Shown: piece after piece, positions 18,558-28,452 of the stretch
Layout: every line of letters starts with the position of its first letter
How positions within the stretch are numbered: position 1 is the first letter of the stretch
From: Crocinitomicaceae bacterium
Lineage (GTDB): Bacteria; Bacteroidota; Bacteroidia; Flavobacteriales_D; Crocinitomicaceae
DNA: 64,000 nt
Assembly: GCA_965247975.1 (NCBI GenBank)
Contig: OZ252050.1
Coordinates: 420,555 to 484,554, forward strand
Direction: 5' to 3'
The notes under the pieces: model-generated
The model's input: the letters and a program-made list of their open reading frames with translations, nothing else
What the model was told of the DNA's origin: nothing
The model's database searches: none
Translations under genes and position numbers: made by a program

Positions 18558-19868
18558 ATGAGCAATATAGTTGCAATTGTCGGGAGACCAAATGTTGGAA
18601 AATCAACGCTTTTTAATAGATTGACAGAATCGCGTCGTGCGATTGTGAAAGAGGTGAGTGGTGTTACGCGTGATCGCTTGTATGGCAAAGGAGAATGGAA
18701 TGGAGTTCAGTTTTCTGTGATCGATACTGGTGGCTACATCAAGGGTTCTGATGATATTTTTGAGGAAGAAATTAGAAAACAAGTTGAAATTGCCATCGAA
18801 GAAGCAACGGTGATTGTTTTTATGGTGGATGTAATGACAGGAATCCTAGATTTGGATGAGGTTGTTGCGAAGATTTTGCGAAAATCTAAAAAGCCTGTGC
18901 TCATTGCGGCAAATAAAGTGGACAGTGCGGATCGTTTTGGATTGTCATCGGAATTTTATGCTTTTGGATTGGGTGATGTATTTGATTTATCAGCAACAAG
19001 CGGAAGTGGAACTGGCGATTTGTTGGATGAAATCGTAAAACACTTTGACAAAGAAGATGTGACTGTCAACGAAGTAGATGATCTTCCAAAAATTGCCATT
19101 GTTGGGAAACCAAATGTTGGTAAATCATCGCTTGTAAATGCGCTTACAGGCGAAAATAGAAACATTGTAACACCCATTTCTGGAACAACGCGCGATACGA
19201 TCAATACACGTTACAATGCGTTCGGATTTGATTTTAACCTTATCGACACCGCTGGAATTCGTAAAAAAGCAAAAGTGACTGAAGACATTGAATATTATTC
19301 GGTGCTTCGCTCAATTCGTGCCATTGAAGGAGCTGATGTTTGTATTTTTATGATCGATGCTGTCGAAGGACTTCAAAAACAAGATTTGCATATTTTTTAC
19401 ATCATTGAGAAAAACTCAAAAGGTGTTGTGGTATTGGTCAATAAATGGGATTTGGTTGAAAAAGACCATACAACCATGAAAGAATATGAGGACAATCTTC
19501 GTGAGATGTTATCACCTTACAATGATGTTCCAATTATTTTTACTTCAACAATCACCAAACAGCGTGTGCACAAAGCGTTGGAAACGACCATGGAAGTTTT
19601 CGAAAATCGAACACAGAAAATTCCAACGTCCAAATTGAATGATATCATGTTGCCAATCATTCAAGCAACTCCGCCACCAGCATTGAAAGGGAAGTATGTA
19701 CAAATCAAATTTGTGCAACAATTGCCAACGCATGCCCCAGCTTTCGCTTTTTTCTGCAACTTGCCTCAGTATATTGGCGATTCATACAAACGTTTCTTGG
19801 AAAACAGATTGCGAGAGGAATTTAATTTTACAGGAATTCCGATTAAAATATTCTTCAGAAAAAAATAA
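18558..19868 (+). CDS. der: Ribosome biogenesis GTPase Der (EngA)
   Basis: Two tandem G domains ([16 protein letters not shown]), DTGG/DTAG, NKVD/NKWD and a KH-like C-terminus. Confidence 0.97.
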   Translation: MSNIVAIVGRPNVGKSTLFNRLTESRRAIVKEVSGVTRDRLYGKGEWNGVQFSVIDTGGYIKGSDDIFEEEIRKQVEIAIEEATVIVFMVDVMTGILDLDEVVAKILRKSKKPVLIAANKVDSADRFGLSSEFYAFGLGDVFDLSATSGSGTGDLLDEIVKHFDKEDVTVNEVDDLPKIAIVGKPNVGKSSLVNALTGENRNIVTPISGTTRDTINTRYNAFGFDFNLIDTAGIRKKAKVTEDIEYYSVLRSIRAIEGADVCIFMIDAVEGLQKQDLHIFYIIEKNSKGVVVLVNKWDLVEKDHTTMKEYEDNLREMLSPYNDVPIIFTSTITKQRVHKALETTMEVFENRTQKIPTSKLNDIMLPIIQATPPPALKGKYVQIKFVQQLPTHAPAFAFFCNLPQYIGDSYKRFLENRLREEFNFTGIPIKIFFRKK

Positions 19869-21116
19869 GTGTTGTTAGGAATTTCCAAAGAACAACGCAT
19901 TGAATTGGTTCTAATAAACTTAGTGCTGATGTTGTTTTTGGGAATAATTTACATGAATTCTTCTTGGATAATTCACGACAATCTCTTGTTGCTGACCCCA
20001 GATGCCCAGACATATTATGAAACAGGTAGGGAATTTCTGACTAGTCATTACGAAGGTGAGTCTTTGATTAGACCATTTTTATATTCCGTACTACTTTATG
20101 GTTTTCATTCGATCGGTGGGGCTACATTGGTCGTTTTTTTTCAGATGGCTTGTTGGGTCTTGGCGGGAAATATTATTTACTTCACAAGTAAAAACTATTT
20201 AAAATCAAGAGCATACGGAATTGTTTGCATGACAATTTTCATGTTGAATTTGTCGTTGATGGTGTACATTTTTCACGGATTAACAGAATTGTTTTCAACG
20301 CTACTTTTAGGTTTATTAGTTTATTTAGTACTTTCTGTAAAAGGTAAGTTTCAAGCACATAATTTGATTAAAATCACGCTAGTTTTAGCTTTGCTAGCTG
20401 TTACAAAACCACTTTTCTATTATCCTTTTCTATTTTTCTTGGTTTTTACCACCTTCTATTTACTTTGGCACAAATTAGCAACCTATCGTTTAATCATTTA
20501 TCTGTTTCTCGCCATTTCCCCAGTCATTTTTCAAGTAACTTATATGAAAGTAAAGCACAATGTGCTAAAAGTTTCAACGATTGATGATATTACATTTAAT
20601 AATTATTTATTTGCACAAGGTCTGCGAGAAATTGAAGCAATCGATTCTATCGAAGTTTCTCATGCCATAGCAAGAACGTATAGTGGTAGTGAAAAACTTA
20701 GTTATATCTGGGAAAATAAGTCCACATATTACAGTTTATACATAAATAATCTTTGGACAAATATTGATACAGATGAGAGCAATTTTTTAATGTCGCCTTC
20801 AAAGTCATCTAAGAAATTTGCTAGTTTTATGGATGATTACAACCATTATCTCTATGTTTTTTCGAAATGGATGCTTTTGGTGTTTTTAATTTTTTTCGTT
20901 GTCGATTTCTTCAAAAAACACCTGAAAAATCATTGGAAAATGTACTTAATTGGCACATTACTCTATTACATTGCATTTTCTTCCGGAATTTCATTTTGGC
21001 AAGGGGATAGATTGATTATTTTTGCAATACCATTATGGATTGTACTTTATGCAATAATGCTCCAAAGATTGTGGTCAATTTTTCGGAATATACGTGGTCA
21101 AAAGGTAGCAAACTAA
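19869..21116 (+). CDS. Polytopic membrane protein, GT-C (ArnT/PMT-like) glycosyltransferase-like
   Basis: About 10 TM segments; early PDAQTYY and RPFLY motifs; GTG start abutting der. Confidence 0.5.
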   Translation: MLLGISKEQRIELVLINLVLMLFLGIIYMNSSWIIHDNLLLLTPDAQTYYETGREFLTSHYEGESLIRPFLYSVLLYGFHSIGGATLVVFFQMACWVLAGNIIYFTSKNYLKSRAYGIVCMTIFMLNLSLMVYIFHGLTELFSTLLLGLLVYLVLSVKGKFQAHNLIKITLVLALLAVTKPLFYYPFLFFLVFTTFYLLWHKLATYRLIIYLFLAISPVIFQVTYMKVKHNVLKVSTIDDITFNNYLFAQGLREIEAIDSIEVSHAIARTYSGSEKLSYIWENKSTYYSLYINNLWTNIDTDESNFLMSPSKSSKKFASFMDDYNHYLYVFSKWMLLVFLIFFVVDFFKKHLKNHWKMYLIGTLLYYIAFSSGISFWQGDRLIIFAIPLWIVLYAIMLQRLWSIFRNIRGQKVAN

Positions 21117-21117
21117 G

Positions 21118-22035
21118 ATGAAATTTGGAGCAATAGACATAGGAACCAATGCCGCACGACTTCTCGTTGGAGAGGTAACCAAGGAAGATGGACATTTTTT
21201 CGTCAATAAAGTTTCCTATACACGCGTGCCCTTGCGTTTAGGTGAAGATGTGTTTGGAAGCGGTAGAATTTCTAAGAAAAAAGCGGAGCATTTCATCAAA
21301 ACCATGAAGGCGTTTAGTTTGATCGCTGAAATTTTTGAGGTAAAAGGACTTCGAGCTTGCGCAACATCAGCCATGCGTGAAGCGACAAATTCCAAGTTGA
21401 TTAAAAAACGTATTTTGGATGAAACTGGCATTGAAATCGACGTTATTTCAGGCGATGAAGAAGCCGAGTTAATTTTTGGAACTTTTTTCTTAATGGATAT
21501 CGACAAAACTGTTCCTTTCATGGTGATTGACGTTGGCGGTGGTAGTACTGAAATTTCTGTTTTTGAGAAAGGAGAACGTGTTGCTTCTAAATCGTTTGAA
21601 ATTGGAACTTTGCGTTTGCTTAAAGGAAAAACGCGCAAAACAATTTGGGTGGAAATGCAAGATTGGTTGGACGGTCACTGCGATTTGAATGAGGTTCATA
21701 CCATTTATGCAACGGGTGGAAATATCAATAAAGCACACAAATTAGTTGGTGCAGGACACATGGAACCGATTGAATACGAGCGTCTTTTGGATTTAAAGAA
21801 CGAGTTGGAACCTTTGACTGTGCGCCAACGAATGGATCGTTACCAGTTAAAACCAGATAGAGCCGATGTACTCGTTCCGGCTTTAGATATCTATTGTTAT
21901 TTACTCAAAAAATTAGGCTCGCCAAATATCATTGTTCCCAAAATAGGTCTTTCGGATGGAATTGTGTATGACTTGCACAAAAATTCAAAAAGCAGAGCAG
22001 CGAAACAAACACAACAAGTAAAAAAAACAATTTGA
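21118..22035 (+). CDS. ppx: Ppx/GppA family exopolyphosphatase
   Basis: IDIGTNAARL, ATSAMREA, EEAEL, DVGGGSTE, DRADV, GLSDG motifs. Confidence 0.9.
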   Translation: MKFGAIDIGTNAARLLVGEVTKEDGHFFVNKVSYTRVPLRLGEDVFGSGRISKKKAEHFIKTMKAFSLIAEIFEVKGLRACATSAMREATNSKLIKKRILDETGIEIDVISGDEEAELIFGTFFLMDIDKTVPFMVIDVGGGSTEISVFEKGERVASKSFEIGTLRLLKGKTRKTIWVEMQDWLDGHCDLNEVHTIYATGGNINKAHKLVGAGHMEPIEYERLLDLKNELEPLTVRQRMDRYQLKPDRADVLVPALDIYCYLLKKLGSPNIIVPKIGLSDGIVYDLHKNSKSRAAKQTQQVKKTI

Positions 22036-22085
22036 CTGGTCTAAAACTTACCCCAAGATTCAAGTTTGCATAAATGCACACATGA

Positions 22086-22507
22086 ATAATCAACTGATTA
22101 TTTAAAACATTAAGTAATGAAGGAAAATAAGGGCTTGTGGTTGACATTTCCCGGATAGCCATCGGGAGGAAAATTTAGGTCACCTGCGGCGTTAAGGGAA
22201 AGTTATGTTTAGCTGACTTAAATAGAAAAACGACTGAAATGAATCATAAGCTTACATAAAGCTTCTTAAAAAACCGAAAGGTTTCCTTAATTTTTACAAT
22301 GATAACATAATGAGAAATTTAAAACCTTTAGTGAATAATTGTTTTGGGTAATTGCGTTAAATTGACTTCCCTGAAAGGGCAGGATAAGCTGTCGCTGCTT
22401 CACGATCCTTAATTATCTTCACTTCTTAATGTTAAAAAATTCAAATACATCGACGTGTAACATACTTATATTGTGAAGTTAACCTCCGATGTTTTTTAAA
22501 CATTAAG
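22086..22507 (+). ncRNA. Candidate structured non-coding RNA or element (unidentified)
   Basis: Between convergent genes; nested long-range helices and several hairpins including GAAA loops; no ORF explains it; strand inferred from the GNRA loops. Confidence 0.4.
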
Positions 22508-22597
22508 GAGTACCAAAATTATAAGTTCATCGTTATTTTCGAATAAAACGAATTTAGGCACAATTGGTGGTAAATAAGTGAGGATTCAAAAAAACAA

Positions 22598-23413
22598 CTA
22601 CTGAAATCTAACAGGGATTGTATAGTAAACATCCACTTTTTTTCCATTATTTTCTCCAGGAATCCATTTTGGCATTCGCTCAACCATGCGAATGATTTCA
22701 TCTTTTAGAAAACCTAAATTGCTTGGTATTCTCATTATTTCTGGTGAAACAATTTCTCCATTCGATTTCACAATAAATCGCACGTAAACATTGCCTTTCT
22801 CCGTAATTTTTTTCGAAGCAAAATAGTCATTGATGTAGGTAAACAAGGCATCCATTCCACCTGAATATTCGGGCATTTTTTCGCTGAATTGTAAAACTCC
22901 GTTGTTCACAGGTTCAATTGGTTCAGCAACCATGGCACCTTGAATAACGGGATGAGGTTCAATTTCACCTAAAATCATGATTTCACCTTTCGTTGGGGTT
23001 TCTGCAGTGCACTGAACATTCTTGGTTGTGTCGACTGGTTGAGCAATCTTTCCTACCGTAAATTCATTGTGAATTGCAGGAGGTGTTTGGATTGCTTGCG
23101 GTGGTTCTTGTGCACAAGCAGACAAACTGATCGAAACCAAAGCTAAAATGAGAAAAGCATGGTTGCGAGGTTGAGATTTGAGGACATTTACCAAAACGGG
23201 AACATCTTCATGCTGAAAATCAAATTGATCTTTGCGCAAGCGTCCACAAACGGATTCATTGGGATTAGTCAAAATATATGTGATGATTTCTGCTCTGGAA
23301 CTCGTAGTAAAATCCATCACACTTTTTACACACACTTCACAATGACGCGATTTAACGCCAATTTTCATGTTGTTCCAATCTTCGTGGCACGGTTCTTTGA
23401 TTTCTAATTTCAT
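22598..23413 (-). CDS. TonB C-terminal domain protein with a Cys-rich N-terminus
   Basis: PCHEDW...HCEVC N-terminal motif; hydrophobic segment ending LSAC; C-terminal MPEYSGG...VYVRFIV...MPKWIPG...YTIPVRF TonB_C. Confidence 0.75.
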   Translation of the reverse strand: MKLEIKEPCHEDWNNMKIGVKSRHCEVCVKSVMDFTTSSRAEIITYILTNPNESVCGRLRKDQFDFQHEDVPVLVNVLKSQPRNHAFLILALVSISLSACAQEPPQAIQTPPAIHNEFTVGKIAQPVDTTKNVQCTAETPTKGEIMILGEIEPHPVIQGAMVAEPIEPVNNGVLQFSEKMPEYSGGMDALFTYINDYFASKKITEKGNVYVRFIVKSNGEIVSPEIMRIPSNLGFLKDEIIRMVERMPKWIPGENNGKKVDVYYTIPVRFQ

Positions 23414-23450
23414 GGCAAATGGATTTTATAAGTTGCTGTACAGATTAGTG

Positions 23451-24317
23451 TTAACTTGGTTCAATTTGTTTAGCTAGATCTGTATTGTTTTCATTTGTAT
23501 CAATAAAGACATCAGGCTCATAGGTGACGCGTGCAAAGTTTTTAGTAATTAATTCACTTGAAACAATTTTGCCACTTTCATACTTCAAAATTTTATTGCG
23601 CCAAATTTCATTTTTTCGATAAAAATAATGTCCATTCTTTAGGAATTGATGGTCTTTTTCGAATACATGATAACCGTATTCTAATTCTTGATTTATTCGA
23701 AGCTCACCTTCTAAACACTTTTCAGTAAACCACAAATTGAGTTGAAAAATATAATCTGTATTATTAGTGAATTGATAATCACGGTAATTGTAAAACACAG
23801 TTGCGCCACTTCCAAAAGGTAATACTCGGCCATCATCTGGGAATGGATCAAAGGAGTGGTGGTAACGTTCGGTAACGGTTAATGGACTATGAATAACTAA
23901 CCAATGAATGAGATTCGAAATTTGACAGATACCGCCACCAATTCCCGGTCTTGCTTCACCAAAGGACAATTCCATTCCAAGTAAATATCCTTTGCGTTTT
24001 GTAGGTAACCCAACTGTTCTACAAAAAGAAAACGTTTGACCAGGATAAATTAAAACTCCATCAATTTTTTTTGCTGCAATTTTTAAGTTGGTCACCTTAT
24101 TAATTTGAAGATACATGTTGTTTTCTCCAAGTTTCTTTAGCATCACGGATTGATGTTTTTTGACTCTAAATGCAAGCTTGTCTTCGGAGAATGATCTAGT
24201 ATACTTTTTATTGTCAAAGAACCAAGTTATCCTACGTTTTATTCGTCTTGACCATACAGCAATAAAATATAAAATTGGATGCCGTTGACTGACTAATTTA
24301 CGGTTGTTATTCGACAT
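23451..24317 (-). CDS. VanW family protein
   Basis: IYPGQTFSF, GGGICQISNL, VTERYHHS, GATV motifs. Confidence 0.85.
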   Translation of the reverse strand: MSNNNRKLVSQRHPILYFIAVWSRRIKRRITWFFDNKKYTRSFSEDKLAFRVKKHQSVMLKKLGENNMYLQINKVTNLKIAAKKIDGVLIYPGQTFSFCRTVGLPTKRKGYLLGMELSFGEARPGIGGGICQISNLIHWLVIHSPLTVTERYHHSFDPFPDDGRVLPFGSGATVFYNYRDYQFTNNTDYIFQLNLWFTEKCLEGELRINQELEYGYHVFEKDHQFLKNGHYFYRKNEIWRNKILKYESGKIVSSELITKNFARVTYEPDVFIDTNENNTDLAKQIEPS

Positions 24318-24341
24318 GGAGTTTGCTAAGGTTATATTCGA

Positions 24342-25592
24342 TTAATCCACCTCATTCTCCTTAAAAGCCGAAGGTACCAAATCTGGCAACAATTTTAAAA
24401 CGATAGGCAATAGAACAGCGCCACCTGGCAACATAAAAATGGCGAGCGCTGGAACGGATTTTACAATGTCCATGAACTGCGTTTTAACCATTTCTTTCTC
24501 TTCTTTGGACAATTCTTCCGTAGCTGATTTTTTAATTAATCCCACAAGTTGCTTGCTTTCTTTCAACTCAGCAGCCAATTTGTCCTTGTTGCGCATAATG
24601 ACTTTTCCCCAACGTGAGCTTAAACTTGAATAAACTCGCTCATAGGAAGTAGTGCTCGCCAAATATGGAATTTTGGTGTGATTGTCCAAAACAAAATTCT
24701 CAATAATCACCATGTGTTCATCAAATTCTGCTTCGGGGATATCGAAATGATTTGCCAATGAAGTCAGAAAACCAATTTCTTTTTCGGATGGCTCATGACC
24801 AGAGAAAATGGTCAAAATCGATAAATCAAGCACAAAGCGCTTCAAAAACCAATTTTCGGCAGCTGCTGATGTGAAATCTTCAAAAGTTGCTCCTTTTTTA
24901 ATTTGTTTAATGGCTTTTGTTTTGAAATCATCACGCAGATTGGCACTCGCCAAAAAAACATCAAAAATCGATTTTTCTTTTTCGTCCAAAATCCCATCCG
25001 CATAGGCCGCCATGGCCATAGAAGTGAGTGCATTGAAAGCATATTCGGAATAAAGATCCAAAGCGTCATCGTCATTTTCATGTAAAAAACGATGATACAG
25101 AACCACATTCAAATATACAAACACATTGTGCAGTGAACTTACCCACCATTTGTTGGACAAAAGATTGAGTTTGATGTCAATTCGCTTAGCTAAAATGCGT
25201 TCTACTTTTTCAGAATCGGATTCCTTCAACATCAGATTTACAACATTGAGCGGATTTTTGGCCGCATGTTTTTCATAAAACAACAAAAGTGACTGGATAA
25301 AGGCATCCTTATCCACATGTTGAATTTTATGATTTTGTTGGTAAACCAATAAATGTGCTTCAAATAAAAGAAACTTTAATTTCTCCGAAGGAGTCCATTT
25401 GGAATCATCAATTTTGTTTGCAAAAATATAGCGTGTCGGCTGACCAAAAATCAACCCAGATCGACCAAAAAGTAAGAGTAAGAAATGCTCATCACTGCGA
25501 ATGGCATGCTTGTTTCGATATCCTTTGATGGTTTTATTTTCAACCAAATCAAAGAATTTATTGATCCAACCTTTTGCTCCCGGCGACAACAT
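24342..25592 (-). CDS. LETM1-related protein with a TerB-like central region
   Basis: AYADGILDEKE (TerB-like) and C-terminal QFMDIVKSVPALAIFMLPGGAVLLP...PSAF (LETM1-like). Confidence 0.75.
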   Translation of the reverse strand: MLSPGAKGWINKFFDLVENKTIKGYRNKHAIRSDEHFLLLLFGRSGLIFGQPTRYIFANKIDDSKWTPSEKLKFLLFEAHLLVYQQNHKIQHVDKDAFIQSLLLFYEKHAAKNPLNVVNLMLKESDSEKVERILAKRIDIKLNLLSNKWWVSSLHNVFVYLNVVLYHRFLHENDDDALDLYSEYAFNALTSMAMAAYADGILDEKEKSIFDVFLASANLRDDFKTKAIKQIKKGATFEDFTSAAAENWFLKRFVLDLSILTIFSGHEPSEKEIGFLTSLANHFDIPEAEFDEHMVIIENFVLDNHTKIPYLASTTSYERVYSSLSSRWGKVIMRNKDKLAAELKESKQLVGLIKKSATEELSKEEKEMVKTQFMDIVKSVPALAIFMLPGGAVLLPIVLKLLPDLVPSAFKENEVD

Positions 25593-25630
25593 AGTTTTGT
25601 AGATATTTACAAGGACAAAGTTAGTTAAAA

Positions 25631-25810
25631 AGACTTATAGACAAGACAAAAGACGAGAGACAGAAGACAAAGGACTAAATTTTTGAAACTCCCAGAATTT
25701 GAGTTGCTTTAACAAAATTTATTCCTCTACAAGAATTAGTCTCAAAGCGACGCAGGAGCGGTCTTTAGTCTTGAAGTGACGAAGGAACGGTCTTTTGTCT
25801 TTTTTTGTCT
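25631..25810. repeat. AGAC/GTCT-periodic palindromic intergenic element
   Basis: AGACAAGACAAAAGACGAGAGACAGAAGAC arm and GTCTTTAGTCTT...GTCTTTTGTCTTTTTTTGTCT arm; internal near-duplicate AAG(C/T)GACG(C/A)AGGA(G/A)CGGTCT. Confidence 0.7.
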
Positions 25811-28391
25811 AAATCTTTCCAGCCAAAACAATCGCTTTCTTAGCAACAAATTCTAGTCCACCTTCTACTTGGAATGCTTCAAAAATCACAACATACGTTC
25901 CGATGCTTGCTTTGTTATTGAAATCATCAACGCCATCCCAAACTATGGTGCCTTTTGCGCCGAGTAATTCGCTTTTTACAAGATCTCGAATCAATCTTCC
26001 TCGGTCGTCGTATATTTTTAAATTTCCAACCAAACCGTTAGTTTCTAATTCATAATTGATTTGCATCACATCTTCGAAACCATCGTTGTCTGGCGAAAAA
26101 GTTTCACTCGTAAAGCTCAATTCTCCTGATGAAACTGCTGGATAATATTGAGAATTTTCTCGTCCTGGTGTCCCGAAACCGATTGCTTCAGCAGCTGTGT
26201 GCCAGTTATTTTGGTTTTGACTAACTCCGTTTGGATCCATTCGTTCCAATGATTTTCCTTTGTCGTCGTCCATTAACCTAAAATGCCAATCGTCCGAATA
26301 AGAAACTTTGTCCATAATGCCACTGGACAATGGAATAGGAGCGATGACATACACCGTGCTTGAATCTGTATTCAAACTTGGTAAAGTCAAGGTCAAAAAT
26401 TTGTCTGGAACGGCAACAGGATAATTGGCGACCGCAAAAGCTGGATTTGCACCAACAACAACGTAATCGTTTGGTGCCAACAAATAATTTGAATTAATGG
26501 TCTTAATATTCGCAATCGTGTCATCATCAAAATTGGCAAAAGCCCAATCTTTTAAGTTCAATAGTTTGTTGGATTTGTTGTACAATTCCACCCAATCACT
26601 TCCACCAGTTAATGGATTGAACAGAATTTCATTGATTACAACATCGCCAATGGCAGGAATAGCGGGCAATGCAAAATTGCCGATTAAAGTTGTTGCATTT
26701 AAAGAACAATCGGAAACATTGGGAAGTGAAATAGAATAGTTTTGACTTTCCGCTAAAAGTTCGTTGAATTGGATTCCCATAGTTGTAAGAAACGGTCCAA
26801 CAATAGTGCGCGACAACTCAGACAAACTAGGATTTGTAGAAATTAGCGCTGTTGCCAATGAAGTTGAATCCATTCCTTCGCTAAACGTTATTTCAATACT
26901 GCTTGATGTGTTTGCAAAAACTTGAATTAAGCTTGGAGCTTGCGAATCAGGGGTTATATCGTTTACGGAATTCAACAAACCTGGCGTACCACCAATAGAA
27001 GCATTACTTGCTTTCCAATTGGATGCGCCTGAACAGGGGGCGTTTGGATTTATACGTTCAATCGTATAACCACCGTCTGCCTTAATTTCATCTTGATACC
27101 ACGCATCAGTATATGAAATTTTATCAATTTCAACCAACAAGTCGCTTTTTAAAACAATGTCATCGCCAGCATTATTTAAACTTGGAAAACTAGTTACGGC
27201 AATTCCAGTTGGAAAATCAATGAGGGAAGAACTCGAACATAAAATTTTATATTCTCCCGGAAGAATTAGACCAGCCTGAACCGTTCCGTCTGAAGATGCA
27301 TCGCCCAGTTTCCATCCTAATAAATTAATGACTTTTGTGCTTCGGTTAAAGATTTCTACGAACTCTAATTCCGGTAATCCTATAACAGGACTCGGATCGC
27401 ACATAAATTCGTTAATGATAATATCACCAGCAACGGCAACTTCGGGAACAAAATATCCGAAATTTGTATTTTCTGAGACTGATGGATTTCCAGGCACATC
27501 TTCAATATTATTGGTCAAAAGTGTGTACGTATTTCCATTCGTCAATGCCAACGCTGGAACCACATGAACAAGTGCTGGATTTGAGCCATCAACCGTTGCA
27601 GAAAGAACTCCAATAAAAGGCTGAATATCGTAATTATTGGCATCCTGAGCAGTTGTGATATCTACGGCTTCGTTAAATAACACATCAACGAGATTTGCAT
27701 TTATCGCAGTTGCAGAAACCACTGTTGGTGGAGCTGTGTCAAAAATTTCATCGCCAGCGTAAACTTCATCAAAATAGTATTTTGTGATGTTACCTGCTGT
27801 ATACGTGCAAATATAACCCGTGTGTGTTCCTAATAGATTGGTTGCTTCCGTTCCTGTGCCCACTTGAGCAAATGCCGTTCCACCAGCTGGATCCACAAAA
27901 AGCGTCCAATCTCCAGAAGCATTGCGTAAAACTCGCACGCCAATGGTGAAACTTGCGGCGATGGATCCATCTGCAGACGCACAAATTTGGGTAGAAACTC
28001 CACCAACTTGTTTCATTAATCGTACAGCATCGGTTGACAGAGATTCTCCAAGTTGAATGTAAAATCCATCTGGATTCGTTGTTAAATCTGCACTTGCAGC
28101 GGTCAAATAAAACCGACCAAAATTACTGCTTGACGGAGAAGTGCTAATTTTCGCCCAAAATTTCCATTCTTTGCCATTTAGTGTACTCAAACCATGAGGT
28201 GTTGAAAGATAAGAAGTTCCAGCAACAGTGCCGTTTAGCTGTACTTGTTCGCTTACATTGACAATGAAATCAGCAGTTGTTCCGCCCCACGTTGGATTGG
28301 ATGTGAAATCCAAGTCCGAAAAATTATCAGTGATTTGCGCACGATACGCAAAGGATAATGAACAAATCAGTATGTAGAAAAAGTACCTCAT
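25809..28391 (-). CDS. Lamin-tail domain and Ig-like surface protein with a C-terminal sorting-type domain
   Basis: Probable start MRYFFYILICSLSFAYRAQ at 28391; two IINE(F/I)(M/L)...EFVE/DWVELYN LTD motifs; C-terminal TFSPDNDG...IYDDRGRLI...WDG; the ORF-track extension to 28757 overlaps asd. Confidence 0.75.
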   Translation of the reverse strand: MRYFFYILICSLSFAYRAQITDNFSDLDFTSNPTWGGTTADFIVNVSEQVQLNGTVAGTSYLSTPHGLSTLNGKEWKFWAKISTSPSSSNFGRFYLTAASADLTTNPDGFYIQLGESLSTDAVRLMKQVGGVSTQICASADGSIAASFTIGVRVLRNASGDWTLFVDPAGGTAFAQVGTGTEATNLLGTHTGYICTYTAGNITKYYFDEVYAGDEIFDTAPPTVVSATAINANLVDVLFNEAVDITTAQDANNYDIQPFIGVLSATVDGSNPALVHVVPALALTNGNTYTLLTNNIEDVPGNPSVSENTNFGYFVPEVAVAGDIIINEFMCDPSPVIGLPELEFVEIFNRSTKVINLLGWKLGDASSDGTVQAGLILPGEYKILCSSSSLIDFPTGIAVTSFPSLNNAGDDIVLKSDLLVEIDKISYTDAWYQDEIKADGGYTIERINPNAPCSGASNWKASNASIGGTPGLLNSVNDITPDSQAPSLIQVFANTSSSIEITFSEGMDSTSLATALISTNPSLSELSRTIVGPFLTTMGIQFNELLAESQNYSISLPNVSDCSLNATTLIGNFALPAIPAIGDVVINEILFNPLTGGSDWVELYNKSNKLLNLKDWAFANFDDDTIANIKTINSNYLLAPNDYVVVGANPAFAVANYPVAVPDKFLTLTLPSLNTDSSTVYVIAPIPLSSGIMDKVSYSDDWHFRLMDDDKGKSLERMDPNGVSQNQNNWHTAAEAIGFGTPGRENSQYYPAVSSGELSFTSETFSPDNDGFEDVMQINYELETNGLVGNLKIYDDRGRLIRDLVKSELLGAKGTIVWDGVDDFNNKASIGTYVVIFEAFQVEGGLEFVAKKAIVLAGKI

Positions 28392-28452
28392 GAATGCATT
28401 TAAGAGGGTTAAATATACTAATTTTGACGTGCAAATTAAAATGTAATCCAAA

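Noticed and set aside
22086-22507. RNase P RNA, tmRNA, SRP RNA, group I/II intron or a known riboswitch
   Set aside because: No GAGGAAAGTCC P4 motif (only GAGGAAAATTT), no tRNA-like ends, no group II domain V and no recognisable aptamer; it also lies downstream of both neighbouring genes, so it is not a leader
23451-24317. Vancomycin resistance locus
   Set aside because: VanW alone, with no vanA/B, vanH, vanX or vanRS; the host is Gram-negative
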